In this document: positions 54,786-64,000 of the stretch, piece after piece
Position numbering within the stretch: position 1 is the first letter of the stretch
How the letters are laid out: every line of letters starts with the position of its first letter
Source: Octopus vulgaris
Taxonomy: Eukaryota
Direction: 5' to 3'
Assembly: GCA_951406725.2 (NCBI GenBank)
Contig: OX597814.1
Location: 105,710,001 to 105,774,000, forward strand
DNA length: 64,000 nt
Notes under the pieces: model-generated
What the model was told of the DNA's origin: nothing
Databases searched by the model: none
What the model saw: only the letters and a program-made list of their open reading frames with translations
Made by a program: the position numbers and the translations under genes

Positions 54786-55186
54786 ATACTCACACACACA
54801 TGATTTTGTCTGTAAACAACCCTTACCAACAAAATGTATTAAAACATAACTAAACTTCCAAAGCTTTCATGTGTTGGTGACTTCCGGTGAGAATCGTAGA
54901 CTTTAACAAAAGGAAGGGAGATGTGTATGTATGTGTGTATGTATGTGTGTGTGTGTTAACTTCTTGCCTAAAACTTTGTTTCTCGTAGCGCCTATTATAT
55001 TTTATTTTGTTAACATAATAGTAAAAATAAAAATAATAATAATGATGATGATGATGATGATGATAATAATTGCTTAGTTCTCTTCAGTTTGAGTATAACT
55101 ATTGTAGCTATACACAATGATGGCTGCCAAGAACAAGAAAATATGGTATTTCTTTTATTTGCCTGAGAAGAAATATATGGAGTTCT

Positions 55187-55227
<41 letters not shown>

Positions 55228-55419
55228 GAGTAGTTGATACCGAGGCCATGAGCTCCAATACTTAGCTAGTGTTTTATTTTCATCGACCCCGGATGAGTGA
55301 AAAGGCGAAGTTCACATCTGTATGATTTGAACTCAGAATGCTGCCATACATTTTCTCCGACGCCGTAGCGATTCTGCCTCGTCGCCGCCTAATAATAATA
55401 ATAATAATAATAATAATGA

Positions 55420-55582
55420 TAACATATAACATACAAAAAATTGCACTACTAGGCACTGCACACGTCCTACGCAGAACACTTTCAATACAGTAGCCATCAG
55501 AGCATCACAACAAATCACAGCACATACCCAAGGCACACAGAGGTAGTGAAGTGAAAGCACGTTATAAAAATAAAACTACTGA
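55420..55582 (+). pseudogene. R4/Dong-type 3' end of another subfamily, between (TAA)n tracts
   Basis: YNIQKIALLGTAHVLRRTLSIQ* plus a distinct UTR. Confidence 0.7.
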
Positions 55583-57032
55583 ATAATAATAATAATAGTT
55601 TTTCTAACTCTAGGCAAAGGCCGTGAACTTCCAGAGGAGGCTGCTTGTTGATTATATCGATCTTACTGATCAAATGGTGCTTATTTTATTGATCCCGGGA
55701 AGCATGAAAGCCAGATTCAACCTTGGTGGTATTTAATCTCGGGATATAAAGCGCCGAGATCAGATCCCGGTGAGGTCAACATGGTCTTTTCTTCCTCCGG
55801 GGTCGATAGAATAATAATAATGATAATGGTGAGAGTATCATGAGGTTCTCGTAGAAATTTTAAAGAGCCCAGTAACGGCGAATATATTCCAAACTATTAT
55901 ATAGATGTGTGTGTTTGTGTGGAGTTGAATGGGGGACGTTGAGAGTAGCGGCGGTGGTGGGGGTACGTTTGATGAAAACCGACAGACAGACAGACAGACA
56001 GATATATATAGATGTGGAGGCAACTGATAGCAACAATAAATTCCTCCTCCCCTCAAAAAAAAAATCAACAAATTCCTTTTCATTCTTTGTTTATTTTCTT
56101 TTTTTCTTTCTTTCTTTCGTCTCCTTTCTGGAATATTTCCAAAGAAATATTTGGTGTGAATATCTTTTCGTTCTTTTTTTTTTTCATCTGTTTTCCTCAG
56201 AAAGCCCCTTCCCTCGCCCTTGCTCCACCCTTCACACACCGTTCCTCTCCCTAGACTATAGAATGTGAGGCCTTCTGCATTCTGGCGAGGGGCTCTGGTT
56301 CCCTTGTTACTACACCCTTACCACCCCCACCCCATTAATGAGTCTGTTATCTTTAAACTAACATTTGCCGCGTGCCTTGCTATTTACCTTATTCTTTTTC
56401 ATGTGTTCTCCACCACTACCACCACCACCACCATCATCAGCACACAAACTTCTGTATCTCTCCGCCTTCTCCTCGCCTCGTCCCCTCTAACTTATGCACC
56501 CTCATCCTCCTCCTCCTCTCCCTCCCTTTTACTAACCATACGCATGGCGGCTGCTGTTATTTTTATCTCTGTCCACCCTCCCCGTCCTCTGCCACCCACA
56601 TACTCATGCATGCACGAACAACACGGCCAACATATGCAGACCTGTAAACATTCAGCACTCACTCACTTTGTGTGTGTGTGTGTGTTGTGATCTTCGTTCA
56701 AGCTCTCCTCATTCCGAGTTCGAATCGCAGCAAGGCATTCATCCATACGGGGTCGATAATGTGTCAGTAACTGCCTGGAGTCGATCCGTCTCTCTTTACC
56801 TTTCTATATATGTCTGCCTGGAAATAAACGGCATCATACGGGCCCAGTCACAAGCACAACCTCTTCTCCTTCTTCTCTCTAGCCTTCTCTAAAAGGGGTC
56901 GGTGGTGGTTAAAAGAAAGTCTGACAAAATATTTTCATTGCGACTACAACTGATAAATACTAACAAGGTCGTACGTGGAGCAACCGCAAATAAAGTGTTT
57001 GTATGTGTGTGTATGAACGTATTTAAAGGAAG

Positions 57033-57326
57033 AGCACTCCGTCCGTTACGTCGACGAGGGTCTCAGCTGATACGATCAACGGAACAGCTTGCTTGTGAAA
57101 TTAACGTGCAAGTGGCTGAGCACTCCACAGACACGTGTACCCTTAACGCAGTTCTCAGGTGTGACAAGGCTGGCTCTTTGAAATACAGTTACTACTCATT
57201 TTTGCCAGCTTAGTGAACTGGGGCAACGTGAAATAAAGTGTCTTGCTCAAGGACACGACTCAAGGAATTGAACTCATGACCTTACGCTCGTGAGCCGAAT
57301 GCTCTAACCACTAAGCCACGCGCCTT
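57033..57326 (-). mobile_element. SINE family C variant with V-domain-like body
   Basis: Minus strand ggcgcgtggcttagtggttagagcattcggctcacgagcgtaaggtcatgagttcaattcc...gtccttgagcaagacacttt...; 3' tail as in 14363-14540. Confidence 0.85.
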
Positions 57327-57498
57327 CACTATATGAACGTGTGTGTGTGTGTATATATATATATATGCATTTACTTGTCAGATTCTTCCTTATCTATGGA
57401 GTGTAAACCCCAATTCATCATTCTGGGTGTTAAATACGATAGGAAGGCAATTTTGCTAGAGGGAAAATCAGTGAGGAAGCTGGACGTAAACCTATATA

Positions 57499-57530
<32 letters not shown>

Positions 57531-57699
57531 ATTTATTTAATCGACTGTGTTGACGACATGTCCTCGGTTAGGTAAGACATGATATACTGTTTTTGTTGTT
57601 TTTTTTTGAAGATACACAATTTGTGAGGACACCATTGGTGGCAAATGGCCATTGACAAACTGATTAATTCATTGATGGAATGCTTAATCAAACAATCGA

Positions 57700-57937
57700 T
57701 TTTCTGTAACAATAGGTCATTCCTTTAGTAATAGGTGCAGTTGGCACAACACCCAAATTGCTTCCTAAAAGACGGAAAGAAATTTGAATTGTAACTCGCA
57801 TTGTTGACCTGTAGAAAAATACCATCCTATATCCTGAAATAATCCTAAGAAAAATTTTTGAGATATGAGGAGATTTGTTGTCACCAAACCTCAAGATAAA
57901 ATTGCAGCTATCTAAAATAGCATGCACTAGTGAAGCA
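57700..57937 (+). pseudogene. R4/Dong-type 3' end, old subfamily
   Basis: VIPLVIGAVGTTPKLLPKRRKEI*IVTRIVDL*KNTILYPEIILRKIFEI* followed by a UTR and (AAT)n. Confidence 0.7.
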
Positions 57938-57953
57938 ATAATAATAATAATAA

Positions 57954-59075
57954 TCGACTGTATGGAATAAAATCCAAGCAGTTAATACATGGGCGATAAC
58001 ATCACTTCGGTACGGAGCGGGAATTATAAAATGGCAAAAGAGAGAAATTAAGAAAATGGATACGAAGATCAGAAAAATGTTGACAGTACACTGAGCCTTC
58101 CATCTTAAGAGTGACACCGATAGGCTGTACTTGTCTAGAAGGGAGGGTGGGAGAAGCTTGATCAGTTGCCAGATCTGTATCGAAGTAGAGGAAAACAGCC
58201 TAGGGTGGGATATAAAAAAATGTCGAGGATCCATTGCTGAAACACACAAAGAAGACCGGCGCCATCAAAACTGAAAATTATTTGACGAAAGAAACAGTTA
58301 AACAAGAAATGAACAAAAAAAAAATGCATAGAAGGAAAAGAACATGTATAGTCAGTTTGCAAGATATGTGAACGCAGAGGACTGGTGGCTATGGATGAGG
58401 AGAAGTGACCTGAAGATAGAGACAGAATTACTCATATGCGCAGCTCAAGAACAAGCGTTAAGGACCAATTATATGAAGAGCAGAATAGTCAAAACTACTG
58501 ACAGTGACAAATGCAGAATATGTAGTGAGAGGGATGAAACGGGATGGCACATCGTTAGCGAATGCCCGGAATTGACACAACAGGAATGCAAAGGACGCCA
58601 TGACAATGTTGCAAGAATGATCTATTGGGAGCTCTGTGGAAATTACGGCCTAGAAAGAGCAAAGATGTGGTATGTTCAAACCCCAGAAGTAGTCACCGAA
58701 AATGAGAATTGCAAACTCCTGTGGGATGCAATGATCCAGTGCGATCACTGAATAAAAAGGAAAGAACATGTAAGGTAGTCGACATGGCATGTCCCGGGGA
58801 CAACGGGATCCATGTGATAGAAGAAATAAATAAACACCTATGACGATTTAAAGTGGGAAATACGAAAGACTTGGTCAATGAAGAGAGTAGACGTGATACC
58901 AATAGTAATTGGTGCACTTGGAAGAATCAGCACTCAACTACTAACATGACTGAAAAAGATTGGTGCAAGTGTGAAGGTAACATTGCTTCGAACTTGCAAG
59001 AATTCTTAGCAGGGTTCTTGAAGCATGATGAGTAAACAAGTGTCACAGTAATGTAAGCTGTGAGCTTTAATACAA
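57954..59075 (+). pseudogene. 5'-truncated R4/Dong-type non-LTR retrotransposon (RT thumb, CCHC knuckle, RLE) with stops and frameshifts
   Basis: NKIQAVNTWAITSLRYGAGIIKW..DRLYLSRREGGRSL; ORF 58344-58751 ETELLICAAQEQALRTN..CRICSERDETGWHIVSEC..RHDNVA..LLWD; then VVDMACPGD..VIPIVIGALG; (TAA)n on both sides. Confidence 0.92.
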
Positions 59076-59077
59076 TG

Positions 59078-59113
<36 letters not shown>

Positions 59114-59475
59114 TGGAAGAAGCATAGCCTGGCTTTCTCTTAACCAAATGACCATTTTCAAGCGGCATCTGTTTCAACGCATGAATTCATTTCAAGAATC
59201 TTAATCTCGCACCATAACTCTGTGTGTGTGTGCGCGCGTGCGTTTTTAGTGTATATGTGTGTGTCTGTGCATTTACCAATATATATATATAAGTGTGCGC
59301 GCGTGTGTGTGTGTGTGTGTGTGTGGTGTACATTGAATTGTAGGCCCGTATACGTACTTATACACACATGTATATAAATTCGTATATATCCTGATATATA
59401 TATGTGTGTGTATGTATATGTGTGTGTCCAGCAATATATATATATGTGCACTCACATCTGTCTATCTACACACCC

Positions 59476-59603
<128 letters not shown>

Positions 59604-59900
59604 ACACACACACGGATATGCAAGCCTTACCCACCTACGTTTCTCACACTAGCACAACAACGGCTGCTGCTACTGTTGTTGTTGTTGTGCTAAGCATTGT
59701 TGTTGAAATAAATCGCCGCATAGAAAAACTCCGTCATTAACATGGAATTATATAAAAGACAGAGATTTTCTACTTTCGAAATATGCGTTAATTTTGTCTT
59801 TTAAGTCGGTTCCTTTTTTTTTTCATTCTTTTGGTAGCTTCACACACATACACACAGATAGATAGATAGGTAGATATATTTCTCTCTCTCATACACACGT

Positions 59901-59953
<53 letters not shown>

Positions 59954-60184
59954 ATACATGTGCCACACACCCAGACATATACGTAGTCATCTTTACACAT
60001 ACGCATAAACGCTCATATACAGAAATTAATACATAGGTAATTTGACATACTGACAGACGCATACATACACATATTAACACACACACATTCACATATTAAC
60101 ACACACATACACATATTAGCACACACATATACATACATTATATATAAATATATTTCTAAAAGGGATATAGACAGTAACTGCTCG

Positions 60185-60341
60185 ATAACATAAGGGACTA
60201 AAGCCATCTGAATATGGCTAGGGACAGGGCAGGGTGGTGGGGGTGTTACTGTTGCATTTAGCCTGGGGCTAAATGCAACAGTAACACCCCCACCACCCTG
60301 CCCTGTCCCTAGCCATATTCAGATGGCTTTAGTCCCTTATG

Positions 60342-60345
<4 letters not shown>
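60185..60345. repeat. Perfect palindrome, 79-bp arms with a 3-nt loop
   Basis: 60185-60263 is the exact reverse complement of 60267-60345; loop tgg. Confidence 0.97.
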
Positions 60346-60382
<37 letters not shown>

Positions 60383-61720
60383 CGGCCATCAGCTCCAGTT
60401 ATGTTTTGTGTCTGGAAGTCTTGGTACGTCATTTCAAATAAAGGGAGGTGTGTGAGGATGAGTGTGAGGAAAGAATAAAAAGGACGATATTTTCCAAGCA
60501 AGGGGAAGCTGGAGGTGAAGGGTGAGTGAAATGATGGGAGTTCAAAGTTGCTGTAATCACAACAACAACGACAACCAGAACAATAACTACCTTGGGATGA
60601 ATTCTAAATGGTGACGATGTCGGTGTTGGCATTGATAAAGGTGGGGTGGGGGTAGGACGGGGGTTTGGTGTCGCAGCTGTTTATAGTGATGATGGTGTGT
60701 CGTTTGGGAATGGTGAGGGGTTGATGGAAATGGTGGCGGCGCTGCTGATGGTAATTGGGAAGAAAATGATGATGATGGTGGTGGTGGTGGTAGCGAAAAG
60801 AATTCCAAAGTTTGTAATGATTGAGTTGGCGGTGGTGGTGGTGGTGACGTTAAATTAGTTGTGATGGCGCACTTAAACGATGATGACACATAAACGGGGT
60901 GTACCCCCCAGTGATTGTAAAGAGAGGAGTATATTAAAGACGTGGGGGAGATACTCAGCCTGTTTCTGTCTCAACTACGACAACAAACAATTTCAACAAA
61001 AACAACAACAAAATCCGACATTTTGAACAAATTTTCCTTTTCAAAGATGTCAGTCACTTCGTCACCCCCGCCTCCATTTGTCTTTCACATTGTCTTATTT
61101 TCTCACCCCCATCCCTCTCCGTCTGCCTCAATCTTATCTCCTTCCTCCACCCCACTCCCCCTAAACCCTCCCTCCCTCTCTCTCACAATTCTATTTAACG
61201 TCGAAATTATTTAGTCAAAAATACCACGTCTTCTCTTTGATTCCAAATACCTCTTCCCCCATCTCCGCCACCACCACCACCAACATCGCCACCACCACCG
61301 CCGCCGCTATTTCATGTCTTCCTTTCCCATCGCCGTCACCACCACCACCACCACCACCACTCCCACCCACCAGCCAACCCCATTCGTCTCCACCACCCAA
61401 CTTTTTGGTGGGGCGATAAATCATCGACTTAACTTTTTCCAACCTTGTTGTTGTTGTCATCAACATCAACAACAACAACATCAATGCCACCACCGCCACC
61501 ACCATTACTAACATCAGCACCAACAACAACAACGTTATTATCTGCCTCGTTTCTCGTTGTTCATTTTCTTTATTGCTCCGGTGCCTACAATATTGGACAC
61601 CTTCTGGAAAAATTATGCCAACGCCACCACCACCACCTTCTCTGGCATCACCACCACCACCATCATCATCACAATCATCAGCATCACCACTTCCATCGAC
61701 TTCACCGCTACCAACTCTAT

Positions 61721-61950
61721 ACCTATTTCTTTACTACCCACAAGGGGATAAACACAGGACAAACAAGGAGAGACAAACGGATTAAGTCGATTATATCGAC
61801 CCCAGTGCGTAACTGGTCCTTAATTTATCGAACCCGAAAGGATGAAAGGCAAAGTCGACCTCGGAGGGATTTGAACTCAGAACGTAACGGCAGACGAAAT
61901 ACCCCTAAGCATTTCGTCCGGCGTGCTAACGTTTCTGCCAGCTCACCGCC
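61721..61950 (-). mobile_element. SINE A, full length
   Basis: Flanked by caccgc(t/c)accaactctatac at 61703-61722 and 61973-61992. Confidence 0.92.
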
Positions 61951-62288
61951 GCAACTAATACCACTACACCACCACCGCCACCAACTCTATACGAGTCAAC
62001 GAAGGAGTTTGTACAGGCTAAAAATAAGTCCTATTTCCTTCAAGTGAATGCCAACTGAATGAATGTCTACGTTTGTTTCTTTTTTTGACAATTCTTATAA
62101 GTGACGACCAAGTCCACTGCGTGATGGCAAGGCGTGGCACTTGCAGACTCTGACGTCACCATAGTTGATTGATAGTAAATCACTTTGATAACCTACTGAA
62201 TGAAGGTTCAAACTCAGTGAGTACCAAATGTTTTATATATTTACACACACACACACACAAACGCACACACTCACGTTGTTGGCAATTA

Positions 62289-62497
62289 TTTAACCTTTTA
62301 CCATTCAACCCGGCCACATCTGACCCAAATATTCTACTAATTTTATGTTACAACTGGCCAGGTCTGGCTTCTCACACCTGTCCTATAATAATGTCATTCT
62401 AAAATAAGCAATCACACCGTGAAAATCTCTTAGCTACTAGATAATGCATGATTAATTCTAAATACCGCGAATAAATAAGCATTATCTGAATATTAAA
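62289..62497 (+). mobile_element. Decayed piggyBac-type MITE
   Basis: Begins ttaaccttttaccattca (TTAA plus a CCC-like terminal repeat) and ends tctgaatattaaa; recognition only. Confidence 0.45.
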
Positions 62498-63012
62498 TAT
62501 GTTGCCAATAACCTAATTTGGATAACTGACATGTTAATTAATAATTTTGTCTCACCTTAATTAGTTTTTAAAAATTCATTCTCTCTTACTGTCATTAATT
62601 ATAATTAATAATTTTGTTAAAACATTTTCCACCAACTTTGTTTCAATAACTGAACATTTGTGCCACCAGCTTCTCTGAAGCTGTTCTGGCGCTTGTTTAA
62701 CTCCCGATCAGCTCAGATAAACCAGACCTATAATCAATGATGTTTCACCTGTGGCCATCCCGTCTATATAGTATGACTATGTTGCACCGCATCATCTAAT
62801 GTATCTGCTTTTATTACTTAAATAGTATTCTCTCTCTCTCTCACTTCCTTTTTCTCACCAACCCCACTCTCTCTCTCTTTCTCTCCCACCCTCATTTCAT
62901 TTGCTATTTGACTGTTATTACTGGCAGATTGAGCGAGTGAGTATAGTTTCTCCTCTTCTAACAAGCATTGGATTTTACCATATAAAAATTATTTTGAATA
63001 AAAGTAATAATA

Positions 63013-63200
63013 ACCCTTTCTATTAAAGGCGCAACGCTTGAAATTTTAGGGACGAGTGTGGTCGATTAAATCGACCCCAGTGCACAACTGGTTCTTATTT
63101 CATTGACCCCGAAAAGCAAAGTCGATTTCGACAGAACATGCACTCGGAAAAAAAAGCATTTTGCATGGTATGCTAACAATAGTTTTACAGCTCGTCAGAT
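63013..63200 (-). mobile_element. Degraded SINE A
   Basis: gtcgattaaatcgaccccagtgcacaactggttcttatttcattgaccccgaaaag. Confidence 0.78.
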
Positions 63201-63234
63201 TAATAATAGGAAACTCAATAAATGACAGAGGAAT

Positions 63235-63317
63235 TAGCTTACAGCTGTTTCTGCCATCAGATGCAATGTACCCATAGTTGATTGCTTGCGTATCACTCTC
63301 GTGCTTCATCGAAGCTT
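63235..63317 (-). ncRNA. Decayed hammerhead-like motif with long stem II region
   Basis: agct-TCGATGA-(~55 nt)-GAAA-cagctg-TA-agct; same ACAGCTGT stem III as 22699-22755. Confidence 0.4.
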
Positions 63318-64000
63318 AAAATGGGCTTTTAAACTTTCCTTTCTTGCTATCTCAGGCGTTTCTCACCTTCAACTTTCGGCTCTTACATCTGCCCATCACT
63401 TCGAGATCATATGATGGAACGCCCACTCGGGGCCACAAACCAATTCTGTGCCAGAAGATTGTCTCTTGGCTTTTCAGTCCCCTTTGCATTGGCTTTGAGT
63501 ATCAATGGCGCCAAAGTTGAAGTGATTACGATGATGTCCGCTTCTGCCTACGTTATCCTTGGAGCTGGCCCTGTGCTGCTACGGAAGTATTATCGGCAGC
63601 ATTAATGGTCTTTACCCTATGGGCCTGCTGTTGTCTAGCACCCACTTTAACATTTTTCTTCTAGGCAAAAGCGCCCATGTGACCATTAATACTCTACGTG
63701 CATCAGTTGGGCCTTCTATTCTGCACCACCAATCTGATTGGTCTATTTCCCTCTCGCACAGTCGGTTATAACCCTATGATAGCTGCGTGATCCTTAAAAA
63801 TGATCAGAAACTCGATGTCTATGTAGACTTCGCTCGAACCTATGATGTGTTAGGTTACCTCGGCATTCGCCATCTTCCTTCACTGTATATTTAATAAGCA
63901 GAGGTGTAGCATAGCGTCGGCTTCTATCTCAGGTCGACGTAACTTAGAGTATCGGTTCACTCCAACTTCCAAATTGATGTTCTCTTGCAATAAACTATTA

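Noticed and set aside
58344-58751. 135-aa ORF as an intact gene
   Set aside because: It is part of a truncated retrotransposon with stops and frameshifts on both sides.
60540-61720. Pro/His/Thr/Val-rich ORFs
   Set aside because: Decayed (CAC)n, (GGT)n and (CAA)n microsatellite sequence with no consistent frame or splice signals.

Overview
AT-rich, microsatellite-saturated eukaryotic non-coding DNA (intron or intergenic). Its SINE families and repeat style point to a coleoid cephalopod, probably Octopus; this is an inference from recognition, not from a search. I found no credible host exon, and nearly all listed ORFs are microsatellite read-through. Content: (1) more than 25 copies of a tRNA-derived SINE (family A), including antisense-nested and head-to-tail multimeric copies with clear target-site duplications (TSDs); (2) two further tRNA-SINE families (B and C); (3) at least six decayed R4/Dong-type restriction-like endonuclease (RLE) non-LTR retrotransposon pieces, nearly all tied to (TAA)n; (4) hAT, Helitron/Helentron and piggyBac-type MITE remnants. 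The most interesting component is a set of short non-coding fold-back or tandem elements carrying minimal type-I hammerhead ribozyme motifs of the Penelope-like-element (PLE) kind. The best case, at 31974-32496, is an inverted dimer of a unit made of a tRNA-like head, (TAA)n and a hammerhead, bounded by a perfect 12-bp TSD. It may be a ribozyme-bearing SINE mobilised by Penelope-type machinery. A perfect 79-bp-arm palindrome containing a G-quadruplex motif lies at 60185-60345.
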